The notes beneath the pieces are model-generated. The model did no database searches and had not been told where the DNA came from. It saw only the letters and a list, made by a program, of their open reading frames with translations. DNA of 47,581 bases from a virus (taxonomy: Duplodnaviria > Caudoviricetes): the IMG/VR virus record IMGVR_UViG_3300025392_000496, positions 1 through 47,581 of that record, one strand, 5' to 3'. How positions within the stretch are numbered: the stretch's first letter is position 1; each line of letters opens with the position of its first letter. Made by a program: the position numbers and the translations under genes. Positions 1-9,412 of the stretch are shown piece after piece.

Positions 1-2
1 AT

Positions 3-1331
3 GTAGCTGCCAAGTATGCACAAGAATATATAGCAACAAACGGCAATGTAACCAGTGAAGCAGCACTACAGTTCAAAGCCATGTATCCTGAAATATCTAA
101 AACTGTAGATTTAACATTAGGTGCTACAAAACAAACAACTGCTGAATTCCAAAAGAGTTCTGCAGAAATTATTCAAGGCCGAATAGAACAAAACAGAAAA
201 GAAGTTGAAGACAGAGAACACTTGTACAAATTACAAGCAGGTGGTGTTCAAGGACCAATGCTTGAGATGGCCAATAACGTTGGCGCGGCATTCTTAAAGA
301 ATATTAGTGCAGCCGGCGATATGGTCAAGAGTGTTGCTGATTTACAAGCAGCTCGAGATAAAGAAACTACAGCAGGTACTACAGCAAATGCTAATGCAAT
401 TAAAGCTCTAAACGATTTTAAAATGAAAATTGATGAGCAAACAGAAAAGACTTTGCCTCAAGTTGGTGAAATGGTTACAGCACTATTTAAAGTGCAAACC
501 GAAATGAATAAGTTAGGTGAAAAGTTTGTTAGCTCGATTGATAGTGTAGTTATACCAGCATTAGGAAGATTGGCCAGCGCACTTGATGAAGCCAGTGGTG
601 GTAAAACACCTAAACCTAAATCGGCACCGGCACCCGGTGCTCCAGTGACTGGATCCGATGTTGATAAAAAAGCTGCCAACGGTCCTGTAGTATTACAACG
701 CAAAGATGGAACTAAATTTAATCCATTTGCACAAAATCAACCTGGTAGTGGACCAATTAGTGGAGGCAGTGGCCCAAATGCCAATGCCCCGGTAAACTTA
801 GATGAAATCGTTGATTTTGGTAATAACACTGGTGATAGGACACACTTTGATCAACTTGATGAACGTGTAAAATCGCAGTTTGTTGCTATGGCACAGGCAT
901 ATAATAAAGCCACTAATAAGAAACTTAAAATTAATAGTGCGTTCCGTAGCGAAAAAGAACAAAAAGAAGTATTGTCGGGTAGCAATCCTAAAGCACAACC
1001 TGGACACAGTCTACATCAATTTGGAAAAGCAATTGATATAAATTCAAATCAAGTGTCTGAATTAGTAGCATCAGGTCTATTAAAAGACTTTGGCTTTAGT
1101 ACTATCAATGGTGATGCACCTCATATCCAAATGTTAGGCAAAGGTGGCGTAACTGATGGAGTTAGTATCGCTGGGGAAGCAGGACCTGAAGCAGTTGTTC
1201 CGTTACCAGATGGGCGTTCAATCCCAGTTAAAATGGATGTAGCTGAACTGGTTCAAAAATTAGACGAGTTATTAACAGTTATGAAAGATCAACGTGATAA
1301 TTCGGAAAAACTATTATGGGCGAACAGTTAG
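3..1331 (+). CDS. 5'-truncated tape-measure/baseplate-hub-like protein with C-terminal M15 (L-Ala-D-Glu-type) peptidoglycan peptidase domain
   Basis: The frame is open from base 3, upstream of the listed ATG at 81. The N-terminal part is helical and Ala/Gln-rich. Peptidase motifs: SAFRS..EQ, SLHQFGKAID (SxHxxGxAxD) and DAPH. It ends with the tail-protein motif GG...AGEAGPEAVVPL. Confidence 0.7.
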   Translation, partial: VAAKYAQEYIATNGNVTSEAALQFKAMYPEISKTVDLTLGATKQTTAEFQKSSAEIIQGRIEQNRKEVEDREHLYKLQAGGVQGPMLEMANNVGAAFLKNISAAGDMVKSVADLQAARDKETTAGTTANANAIKALNDFKMKIDEQTEKTLPQVGEMVTALFKVQTEMNKLGEKFVSSIDSVVIPALGRLASALDEASGGKTPKPKSAPAPGAPVTGSDVDKKAANGPVVLQRKDGTKFNPFAQNQPGSGPISGGSGPNANAPVNLDEIVDFGNNTGDRTHFDQLDERVKSQFVAMAQAYNKATNKKLKINSAFRSEKEQKEVLSGSNPKAQPGHSLHQFGKAIDINSNQVSELVASGLLKDFGFSTINGDAPHIQMLGKGGVTDGVSIAGEAGPEAVVPLPDGRSIPVKMDVAELVQKLDELLTVMKDQRDNSEKLLWANS

Positions 1332-1336
1332 TGAGC

Positions 1337-1344
1337 TATAAATA
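1337..1344 (+). promoter_or_regulatory. T4-type late promoter TATAAATA (portal)
   Basis: Exact T4 late consensus, 20 nt upstream of the portal ATG. Confidence 0.8.
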
Positions 1345-1364
1345 TAGCTAACGAAAGAATATAT

Positions 1365-3062
1365 ATGGCCGGCTGGAAAAAGTATTTTAAAACTTCAAAC
1401 TTACCAAGTAATATTAGTCCATTGGGTGGCGGACGTATTGCTGATCCTGGATATCGTAATTACCAAAGTCAATTACCAGAAGTTTATACAGGACAACCAA
1501 ATCGTGTTGAGCGTTATAACCAATACGAACAAATGGATATGGATTCAGAAGTCAATGCGGCCTTGGACATTCTAGCTGAATTCTGTACACAAAAGAACTT
1601 GGAAAACCACACAGCGTTTACTATCAAGTTCAAAGAACAACCTAGCGATAACGAAGTTAAAATTATCAAAGAGCAACTACAGCAATGGGTAGCCTTAAAT
1701 GATTTAAACAAGCGTATCTTTAAAATTGTACGCAACGTATTTAAGTATGGCGATCAAGTGTTTATTCGTGATCCAGAGACTTTTAAAATTATGTGGACAG
1801 AAATGTCTAAAGTTACTAAAGTTATTGTTAATGAAGGCGAAGGTAAGAAACCTGAGCAGTATTTGATCAAAGACTTAAATCCTAATTTCCAAAATTTAAC
1901 TGTTACAGCAGTTGCTACAACAGATACCTATATGAATCACCCACAAACAGGTGGCCCAAGTGGTGCTTATGTACAACCACAAAGTCCATTTGGTGGTGGC
2001 TCACGATTTAGTCATGCTAAAAATGAAGCCGCTATTAATGCCGAACACGTAGTACATGTGAGTTTAACTGAAGGCTTAGACGTATATTGGCCATTTGGTA
2101 ACTCCGTGTTAGAAAACATTTTTAAAGTATTCAAACAAAAAGAATTATTAGAAGATAGTATCATTATCTATCGTGTACAACGTGCTCCAGAGCGTCGTAT
2201 CTTTAAAATTGACGTAGGTAATATGCCAAGTCATATGGCCATGGCATTCGTTGAGCGTATCAAAAACGAAATTCATCAACGTCGTATTCCTACTGCTACT
2301 GGCGATGGTAATAAGCAAATGATGGATGCTACCTATAATCCGTTATCAACTAACGAAGACTATTTTTTCCCAACTACAGCAGATGGGCGTGGTAGTAGTG
2401 TAGACGTATTGCCAGGCGGTCAAAACCTAGGTGAAATTACAGACTTACGCTTCTTTACTAATAAATTATTCCGTGGTTTACGTATTCCTAGTAGCTATTT
2501 GCCTACTACAGCCGAAGATGGTAGCCAAGCATACACAGATGGACGTGTTGGTACAGCACTTATTCAAGAATGGCGCTTTAATCAATACTGCCAGCGTTTA
2601 CAAGGCATGATTGCTGACAAATTAGACAGTGAATTTAAACTATTTATGCGTTGGAGAGGCTTTAACATCGATGGATCATTGTTTGATTTATCATTCAATG
2701 AACCACAAAACTTTGCACAGTATCGTCAAGCTGACATTGATAGTGCTCGTATTGCTACATTTACACAATTAGAACAGTATCCTTATCTAAGTAAACGCTG
2801 GTTAATGAAGCGTTATCTAGGTATGACCGAGCAAGAAATTAGTGAAAACGAAACAATGTGGGCCGAGGAAAAAGGCGATATTGATTTAGCACAACCAGAA
2901 AATCCAAGTCTTGGTTCAGTTAATATTACTCCAGGACGAGTAGACAGTGAAATTGAAGGTCTAGGTGATACTGGTATTAGCCCAGGCGGATTGGCTGGTG
3001 CCCCCGAATCTAATGCACCCGGCGCAGCCGCTGGTGTAAACAGTCCCACCCCAGCACTTTAA
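1365..3062 (+). CDS. gp20: Portal protein, T4 gp20-like
   Basis: Hallmark motifs LEDSIIIYRVQRAPERRIFKIDVGNMP, EDYFFP and LPGGQNLGEI; first gene of the head module. Confidence 0.95.
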   Translation: MAGWKKYFKTSNLPSNISPLGGGRIADPGYRNYQSQLPEVYTGQPNRVERYNQYEQMDMDSEVNAALDILAEFCTQKNLENHTAFTIKFKEQPSDNEVKIIKEQLQQWVALNDLNKRIFKIVRNVFKYGDQVFIRDPETFKIMWTEMSKVTKVIVNEGEGKKPEQYLIKDLNPNFQNLTVTAVATTDTYMNHPQTGGPSGAYVQPQSPFGGGSRFSHAKNEAAINAEHVVHVSLTEGLDVYWPFGNSVLENIFKVFKQKELLEDSIIIYRVQRAPERRIFKIDVGNMPSHMAMAFVERIKNEIHQRRIPTATGDGNKQMMDATYNPLSTNEDYFFPTTADGRGSSVDVLPGGQNLGEITDLRFFTNKLFRGLRIPSSYLPTTAEDGSQAYTDGRVGTALIQEWRFNQYCQRLQGMIADKLDSEFKLFMRWRGFNIDGSLFDLSFNEPQNFAQYRQADIDSARIATFTQLEQYPYLSKRWLMKRYLGMTEQEISENETMWAEEKGDIDLAQPENPSLGSVNITPGRVDSEIEGLGDTGISPGGLAGAPESNAPGAAAGVNSPTPAL

Positions 3063-3074
3063 TTAATAAAAGGT

Positions 3075-3080
3075 TAAATA
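3075..3080 (+). promoter_or_regulatory. Late promoter core TAAATA, 5 nt before ATG 3086
   Basis: ttaaata-gtagt-ATG. Confidence 0.6.
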
Positions 3081-3085
3081 GTAGT

Positions 3086-3319
3086 ATGAACATTTTTGAA
3101 CTATTTGACCCAGCGCCTGAAGGCTACCAAGACGAAAAGCAGGATAATTCCACGCTTAAAATGACTGATAGCCGTAAAACTCGCTTAACACTAGCACACT
3201 TAAATCAGCTACGTCAAAGTCACGATGTTCGTAAATTAGAACACGAAAAGAAGTTAGAAGCAGTATCAAAACAATATCAATCTGCGCCCGAATCTGGCGG
3301 CGCTCTCGGCGGATTGTAA
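3086..3319 (+). CDS. Small prohead-associated protein (gp67/gp68 position)
   Basis: 77 aa, between portal and protease; has its own late promoter; N-terminus MNIFELF. Confidence 0.5.
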   Translation: MNIFELFDPAPEGYQDEKQDNSTLKMTDSRKTRLTLAHLNQLRQSHDVRKLEHEKKLEAVSKQYQSAPESGGALGGL

Positions 3320-3377
3320 TTAATCTGTCAAAAATCCTCCAAAAAACCCCCATTTAACAAGAAATATACGTAGTTAT

Positions 3378-3385
3378 TGTAAATA
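3378..3385 (+). promoter_or_regulatory. Late promoter TGTAAATA for the core-protease-scaffold-capsid operon
   Basis: TAAATA core, upstream A-tracts, downstream AAGGAG Shine-Dalgarno. Confidence 0.7.
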
Positions 3386-3417
3386 CTCTTACAAAGCCAA
3401 ATATATAAGGAGTTCTC

Positions 3418-4386
3418 ATGAACAAGTTTGAAAAATTAATTGAATACATCATTAATGATGAAGATCAAAAAGCACGTGAATTATTTCACGATATCGTGGT
3501 AGAAAAATCCCGTGACATCTACGAATCCATTATGGACGAAGAGCAAATGGGTGCTGCTGTACACGGTGCAGAAGTAGAAGAAATGGTCGACGCTATTACT
3601 AAAGACGAAGAAGTTGGTGAGTCTGATGAAGAAGGCGAAGAAGAATTTAGTCTTGATGCTGATGGCGAAGAAGACGGCGAAGTAGCAGGCGAAATGCCAT
3701 CACACGACGGCGAAGAAGCTGAGCATGAAGAAATTGAAGACAAAGTAATGAACATTGATGCTAAGTTAGACGAGCTATTAGCTAAGTTTGACGAGATCAT
3801 GGGCGACGAAGGTCATAGCGAAGAGCCAGCAATGCATGATGAAATGCCAGCAATGGATCATGCAGAAACAGAAATGTTTGAAGCTGAAGATTGCGACGAC
3901 GAAGAGGAAGAAGAAGAGGAAGAATCTAAAGAACCAAAAAAGACTGAAGAATCTAAATCACGTAAACTATCTACTTCTGAAATGATGCGCGAATACGTTG
4001 ACCGTATTGGTGATATCTACGGTGGCACTGGTGATGCAACTGAAGGTGATGCTGTTGGTGCAGCTGGTAAGAAAACATCAGTAAACACTAAGCCAGGTTC
4101 AATTGGTCCAGGTAACAACTTTGGCGGTACAGCAGTAACATCTAAAGGTGGTGCACAAGATCAAGACGGCACAAGCCCAACTAAAGCAAGTAACGAATAT
4201 ACAAAAGGCCAAGGCGAAATCAAATCTGGTAACCGTAACGTTCCAGGTGGTAAAGCTGACAGTTTAGAGTCAACAGGCACAAAGTATGAAACAGAACACA
4301 AACCAGAAGGCAAATTAGCTGGTGCCGATGGTAGTCGTCCTGTTAATGCTAAAAGTGTTCAAGCTCAAAACACTGGCAAGAAGTAA
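3418..4386 (+). CDS. Highly acidic prohead core protein
   Basis: Glu/Asp-rich with many hydrophobic-X-E sites (IYES, VGES, MFEA); lies directly upstream of the protease; strong SD. Confidence 0.65.
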   Translation: MNKFEKLIEYIINDEDQKARELFHDIVVEKSRDIYESIMDEEQMGAAVHGAEVEEMVDAITKDEEVGESDEEGEEEFSLDADGEEDGEVAGEMPSHDGEEAEHEEIEDKVMNIDAKLDELLAKFDEIMGDEGHSEEPAMHDEMPAMDHAETEMFEAEDCDDEEEEEEEESKEPKKTEESKSRKLSTSEMMREYVDRIGDIYGGTGDATEGDAVGAAGKKTSVNTKPGSIGPGNNFGGTAVTSKGGAQDQDGTSPTKASNEYTKGQGEIKSGNRNVPGGKADSLESTGTKYETEHKPEGKLAGADGSRPVNAKSVQAQNTGKK

Positions 4387-4408
4387 TTAATAGATTAGGG
4401 AACATAAA

Positions 4409-5047
4409 ATGGCTTTGTACCTAGCTGAGAACTTAACATTTGACCGTGCAAATATCAAGGTTATTACCGAAGATAATGCAGCCGGGACTGGTAAAGATCT
4501 CTATATGGAAGGGATATTCATCGAAGGAGGCGTAAAAAACGCTAACGAACGTGTATATCCCGTTCACGAAATTGAAAAAGCTGTCTCTACTATTAATGAA
4601 CAACTCAAAGGTGGCTATTCCGTTTTAGGCGAAATAGATCATCCAGATGATTTAAAGATCAACTTGGACCGCGTAAGTCACATGATTACAAAAATGTGGA
4701 TGGACGGCCCATGTGGATTTGGAAAACTAAAAGTATTACCTACCCCAATGGGCGAATTAGCGAAAGCTATGATTACATCAGGTGTTAAGCTAGGTGTTAG
4801 CTCACGTGGATCTGGTCAGGTAAACGAAAGTAGTGGACACGTTAGTGATTTTGAAATCATTACCGTAGACATCGTAGCACAACCTAGTGCTCCTCATGCT
4901 TATCCTAAAGCCATCTATGAAGGCTTGATGAATATGCGTGGTGGTGCTAAGGTATTTGAAACGGCACGTGAAGCCGCTCAAGATCAAAAAGTACAGAAGT
5001 ACCTGAAACAAGGCATTGAAGCCTTAATCAAAGATTTAAAATTATAG
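4409..5047 (+). CDS. gp21: Prohead protease, T4 gp21-like
   Basis: Motifs N.N.RVYP, GEIDHP, GVSSRGSG and DIVAQPSAP.AYP. Confidence 0.95.
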   Translation: MALYLAENLTFDRANIKVITEDNAAGTGKDLYMEGIFIEGGVKNANERVYPVHEIEKAVSTINEQLKGGYSVLGEIDHPDDLKINLDRVSHMITKMWMDGPCGFGKLKVLPTPMGELAKAMITSGVKLGVSSRGSGQVNESSGHVSDFEIITVDIVAQPSAPHAYPKAIYEGLMNMRGGAKVFETAREAAQDQKVQKYLKQGIEALIKDLKL

Positions 5048-5059
5048 GAGAAATATCCA

Positions 5060-6175
5060 ATGTTAGATGCTATCAAACCATTGTTGGATAACGGGATCAT
5101 TAATGAAGATACCAAGCAAGCTATTGCTGAAGCTTGGGAATCACGCATTACTGAAGCCAAAGAACAAGTTCGTGCAGAATTACGCGAAGAATTTGCTCAA
5201 CGTTACCAGCATGACAAGCAAGTAATGGTTGAAGCTCTAGACAAAATGGTAACTGAGTCTCTCACTGCTGAATTGAAAGAATTCGCAGACGAAAAACAAC
5301 AATTAGCGGAAGACCGTGTTGCATTTAAAAAGCAAATGGTTGAAAGCGCAGGTAAGTTCAATAATTTCATGGTAGCTAAACTATCCGAAGAAATCAAAGA
5401 ACTACGTGCAGATCGTAAACAGTATGAGAATGCTATTGGCAAACTTGAACAATTTACTATCCGTGCTTTAGCAGAAGAAATCAAAGAATTTGAAGCAGAT
5501 AAACGTGCCGTAGTGGAAACTAAGGTTCGTCTAGTTGCTGAAGGTAAAGCTAAGTTAGCCGAGCTACAACAGAAATTCATTGCACAATCTGCTACCGCAG
5601 TTAAAGAGGCTGTAACCAGTTCGTTAGAGTCAGAATTGACTCAACTAAAAGAAGACATTACTGTAGCACGTGAAAACATGTTCGGTCGTCGTCTATTTGA
5701 AGCATTTGCAAGCGAGTTTGCTGTTACTCATTTAAATGAAAACAAACAAATTCGTGCGTTACAATCACAAGTTGAAACTGTAACCGCTAAATTATCTGAA
5801 GCAGTTCAGAAAATTGAAGATACAAACGCTTTAGTTGAGAGTAAAGAAACAGAAATCAAGATTATCAAAGAGTCAGCAGAACGCAAAGAAAAACTTGCAG
5901 AAATGTTGAAGCCTTTGAACAAAGAAAAGTCAGCAATTATGCGTGACTTACTTGAAAGTGTACAGACTGATCGTCTTCAGACTGCATACGAAAAGTATCT
6001 ACCAGCAGTTCTAAACAACTCTGCTGTTACTGCACCGGCTGCTAAAGCTGCTGTATTAACAGAAAGTCGTAAAGAAGTTACTGGTGATAAAACTGCTAAA
6101 ACTGCCGTTGAAGCTCAAACAACAGAAGTGCAAACTAATGTTGTTGAACTAAAACGTTTAGCAGGGCTTAATTAA
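5060..6175 (+). CDS. gp22: Prohead scaffold protein, T4 gp22-like
   Basis: Long E/K/A coiled coil between the protease and the major capsid gene. Confidence 0.85.
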   Translation: MLDAIKPLLDNGIINEDTKQAIAEAWESRITEAKEQVRAELREEFAQRYQHDKQVMVEALDKMVTESLTAELKEFADEKQQLAEDRVAFKKQMVESAGKFNNFMVAKLSEEIKELRADRKQYENAIGKLEQFTIRALAEEIKEFEADKRAVVETKVRLVAEGKAKLAELQQKFIAQSATAVKEAVTSSLESELTQLKEDITVARENMFGRRLFEAFASEFAVTHLNENKQIRALQSQVETVTAKLSEAVQKIEDTNALVESKETEIKIIKESAERKEKLAEMLKPLNKEKSAIMRDLLESVQTDRLQTAYEKYLPAVLNNSAVTAPAAKAAVLTESRKEVTGDKTAKTAVEAQTTEVQTNVVELKRLAGLN

Positions 6176-6200
6176 ACCCTAAAAGGAAAGAGGAATTAAA

Positions 6201-7379
6201 ATGACACAAGCATTATTAGAAAGCCGTTGGGGCGAAACGAAGGATGCCCTGCTAGAAGGTCTACAAGGTTCTAAAAGAACTACAATGGGCGTTATTCTAG
6301 AAAATACTCGTAAAATGTTAGCTGAAAACGCAACAGCTGGTTCTACACAAGCAGGTAACGTAGCTACACTTAACCGTGTAATTCTACCAGTTATCCGTCG
6401 TGTAATGCCAACAGTTATCGCTAACGAAATCGTTGGTGTACAACCAATGACAGGTCCAGTTGCACAGATTCACACTCTACGTGTACGTTATGCAGACAAT
6501 GCAGGCGATACATCTAGTTACGCAACTCCTGTAACAGCTGGTGATGAAGCATTATCACCATTTAAGATTGCAGTTGCATACTCTGGTAGTTCTACTACTG
6601 GCCAAGCTACTTCTACTTCAGCTCTTGAAGGCGTAGCAGGTAACCGTATCAACGTTCAAATCTTAAAACAAGTTGTTGAAGCTAAGACACGTAAGTTATC
6701 AGCTCGTTGGACATTTGAAGCTGCGCAAGATGCACAATCTATGCACGGTTTAGATGTTGAAGCTGAAATCATGGCTGCTTTAGCTCAAGAAATCACTGTA
6801 GAGATTGACCAAGAGATTCTAGGTTCTTTACGTGCTCTTGCTGCAACTGATTACACATTTGACCAAGCTGCAGTATCTGGTACAGCTACATTCGTTGGTG
6901 ATGAGCACGCTGCTTTAGCTGTTCTAATCAACCGTACAGCTAACTTGATCGCTCAGCGTACACGTCGTGGTGCTGGTAACTGGGCAGTTGTAAGTCCAGC
7001 TGCATTGACAGTACTACAAAGTGCTACAACTTCTGCATTTGCTCGTACAACAGAAGGCACATTTGAAGCTCCTACAAACACTAAGTTTGTTGGTACATTA
7101 AATGGCGCAATGAAGATTTATGTTGACGGTTATGCAAACGACAGCCAAGCTGTTTTAGTTGGATACAAAGGTTCTAGCGAAGCTGATGCAGCTGCGTTCT
7201 ATTGCCCATACATTCCTCTAATGAGTTCTGGTGTTGTATTAGATCCATCTACATTTGAACCAGTAGTAAGTTTCATGACACGTTACGGATATGTTGAGTT
7301 AACAAACACAGCATCATCTCTAGGTAACGCTGGTGACTATGTTGGTGAAATCGCTGTAGCTAACTTATCTTTCCAATAA
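6201..7379 (+). CDS. gp23: Major capsid protein, T4 gp23-like (392 aa)
   Basis: Motifs IRRVMP.VIANEIVGVQPMTGP, AKTRKLSARWT.EAAQD, YCPYIPL and MTRYG. Confidence 0.97.
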   Translation: MTQALLESRWGETKDALLEGLQGSKRTTMGVILENTRKMLAENATAGSTQAGNVATLNRVILPVIRRVMPTVIANEIVGVQPMTGPVAQIHTLRVRYADNAGDTSSYATPVTAGDEALSPFKIAVAYSGSSTTGQATSTSALEGVAGNRINVQILKQVVEAKTRKLSARWTFEAAQDAQSMHGLDVEAEIMAALAQEITVEIDQEILGSLRALAATDYTFDQAAVSGTATFVGDEHAALAVLINRTANLIAQRTRRGAGNWAVVSPAALTVLQSATTSAFARTTEGTFEAPTNTKFVGTLNGAMKIYVDGYANDSQAVLVGYKGSSEADAAAFYCPYIPLMSSGVVLDPSTFEPVVSFMTRYGYVELTNTASSLGNAGDYVGEIAVANLSFQ

Positions 7380-7436
7380 TCAAGACTGAACTTGATTTAC
7401 AGAAAGTAAATTATCAACCCAGGGATGGGAAGGCAG

Positions 7437-7460
7437 AAAAGGACCGAAAGGTCCTTTTTT
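7437..7460 (+). terminator. Intrinsic terminator after gp23
   Basis: aaaa-GGACC-gaaa-GGTCC-tttttt. Confidence 0.9.
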
Positions 7461-7469
7461 GTTGGCTTC

Positions 7470-7477
7470 AATAAATA
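7470..7477 (+). promoter_or_regulatory. Late promoter AATAAATA for the 58-aa ORF
   Basis: TAAATA core directly after the terminator; AAGGAA SD before ATG 7507. Confidence 0.7.
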
Positions 7478-7506
7478 TTGTATAGTTTTAAATTAAGGAA
7501 TATTAA

Positions 7507-7683
7507 ATGACAACCAAATCACAACCTCCAGTGACTGCACCAAAACCTAAAGTTGTAACAACACCTGCTCCGGTAACCGCCGTAGCATCTCACACTACAA
7601 CCTATGTACCTACTACGGTACAAACAGCTAAACAAACAAAAATAGTTACTACAAATCCAGCAACACGTATAGCAAAGCACTAA
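7507..7683 (+). CDS. Unannotated 58-aa Thr/Pro/Lys-rich mucin-like peptide
   Basis: Translated by hand as MTTKSQPPVTAPKPKVVTTPAPVTAVASHTTTYVPTTVQTAKQTKIVTTNPATRIAKH. It has its own promoter, SD and terminator. Confidence 0.75.
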   Translation: MTTKSQPPVTAPKPKVVTTPAPVTAVASHTTTYVPTTVQTAKQTKIVTTNPATRIAKH

Positions 7684-7701
7684 TTAATTATTAATACCAA
7701 T

Positions 7702-7725
7702 AAAAGGACCGCAAGGTCCTTTTTT
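7702..7725 (+). terminator. Intrinsic terminator, near-copy of 7437-7460
   Basis: aaaa-GGACC-gcaa-GGTCC-tttttt. Confidence 0.9.
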
Positions 7726-7758
7726 ATTGATAACATTAAATAAACTTTAAATACTATA

Positions 7759-8448
7759 ATGAAAACTCTATTAGTGGGGTTTGGTGATAGTTGGACATTT
7801 GGATCAGAATTAGATCGCCCAGACGAACAATCTTGGGTAGCTCAACTAGCAAACAAACTAGGCACAGAATATTTAAATCTAGGAACACCGGCTAGCAGTA
7901 TAGAATATACTGTAGTACAACTCTTTGACTTTATACTCAATTATCCCGACTATCAAGATTACAAAAAAATATTTGCCGTTGGTCTAACCGGGTTGACTCG
8001 TTATCTAAGCTACAGCAATAGATTGCATGAGTTTGTTAACATTACACCAGAAGCTAATTATCGCACAGGTGATATACATCAAAGCGGCCGCCCGCCTGAA
8101 GTAGTAAAAGAGTTTGGTACGCTAGCCGGTGAAATGTATCGCATGGTTGAATGTCAAGATTATAATTTGTTTAAGGTTAAACAAACTATTTTTACATTTG
8201 AAAACTATTGTCAATTAAACAACATAGACGTAATATTTTTTAGTTACTTTGATTACCCTGATATTAAAAATGAATTATTATATCCAGAATCACTAACAAG
8301 AAGTTTAACAGGCAGGGAATATGAGTTACCTGTTATTAGAGAATATGAATCATTTGTTGGTAAACTATTTCATCCCAACATTGTTGGGCATCAACACATA
8401 GCAGAACTACTACAAGAATTTTATGATCAAAAATATCCGCGGAATTGA
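7759..8448 (+). CDS. SGNH/GDSL-fold esterase or acyltransferase
   Basis: GFGDSWTFG (block I), NLGTPASS and a C-terminal FHPN; TAAATA at 7748-7753 lies 5 nt before the ATG. Confidence 0.75.
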   Translation: MKTLLVGFGDSWTFGSELDRPDEQSWVAQLANKLGTEYLNLGTPASSIEYTVVQLFDFILNYPDYQDYKKIFAVGLTGLTRYLSYSNRLHEFVNITPEANYRTGDIHQSGRPPEVVKEFGTLAGEMYRMVECQDYNLFKVKQTIFTFENYCQLNNIDVIFFSYFDYPDIKNELLYPESLTRSLTGREYELPVIREYESFVGKLFHPNIVGHQHIAELLQEFYDQKYPRN

Positions 8449-9412
8449 AGGGGACGACATACCGTATCATTTAGGCCTAATAGGCTATGATGCCAGTACA
8501 ATGATAACCGATCGTTATTATTTCTTTCCTTTAAATGATCACTACAATACACATGGTCCTGATTGGCTAGCCGCTACAATGGAGCAGGCATATACTAAAG
8601 ACGTAGTAGTATTTTATGATCTAGTCAACACTGGAGACTATGAACATAATCAATTTAAACAATTTATCTGGCGGTTTGAACATCCTTGTAAAGTATACCT
8701 AACAGTTAATCAAAGTCCTAAATTAGATATGGGTCCAACTGTACGAATTATACCTTGGGATTTTATGTGGAATCGCATTAAATCTTACTATACAGAACCT
8801 ATTCCCGAGCATAAACATTTACATCACTATAGTCGTGGACAGTATAAATCTGTTAGACTAGATTCATCTTATCTTAGATCAAAGAAATTTTTAAGTATGT
8901 TGGGCCGTGAGTATGGCTACCGTAAACCATATTATGAATTTATATTAGAACACAGTTCCAATGGATATGTATCTAATAGAACACGTGGCATCACCTTGGA
9001 AGATCATCAAGTGTTAGGTGCATATAGTCCTATACCAAATACCTTTTATGAGGACAGTTATTTTAGTACCTATGTTGAAAGTAACTGTACTCAACGAGAT
9101 CTAATACATATTACTGAAAAAACATTTGAACCACTAATCAAAGGACATGCTATATTGCCGTTTACCAATCCCGGTGCTATTAAAAGATTAACTGACATGG
9201 GATTTCAAATGGTCGACTTCATTGACTACAGCTTTGATCAAGTTGATGATGTTGATCAACGATTTAAAATGGTACAAGAAGAATTTTTACGATTACTTGA
9301 ATTAGATTTAGATTTATTGTACAAACAAAATCAATCAGTGTTTGAGCATAATCAACAATGTATACACACAATACCATACGACTCAAGAATATTGGAAATT
9401 TTTAATGTTTAA
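8423..9412 (+). CDS. Putative glycosyltransferase (GT-B, GT10-like E..ITEK motif)
   Basis: STYVES...HITEKTFEPLIKGH and FIDYSFD resemble the alpha-1,3-fucosyltransferase motif; paralog of 46002..47018. Confidence 0.5.
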   Translation: MIKNIRGIEGDDIPYHLGLIGYDASTMITDRYYFFPLNDHYNTHGPDWLAATMEQAYTKDVVVFYDLVNTGDYEHNQFKQFIWRFEHPCKVYLTVNQSPKLDMGPTVRIIPWDFMWNRIKSYYTEPIPEHKHLHHYSRGQYKSVRLDSSYLRSKKFLSMLGREYGYRKPYYEFILEHSSNGYVSNRTRGITLEDHQVLGAYSPIPNTFYEDSYFSTYVESNCTQRDLIHITEKTFEPLIKGHAILPFTNPGAIKRLTDMGFQMVDFIDYSFDQVDDVDQRFKMVQEEFLRLLELDLDLLYKQNQSVFEHNQQCIHTIPYDSRILEIFNV

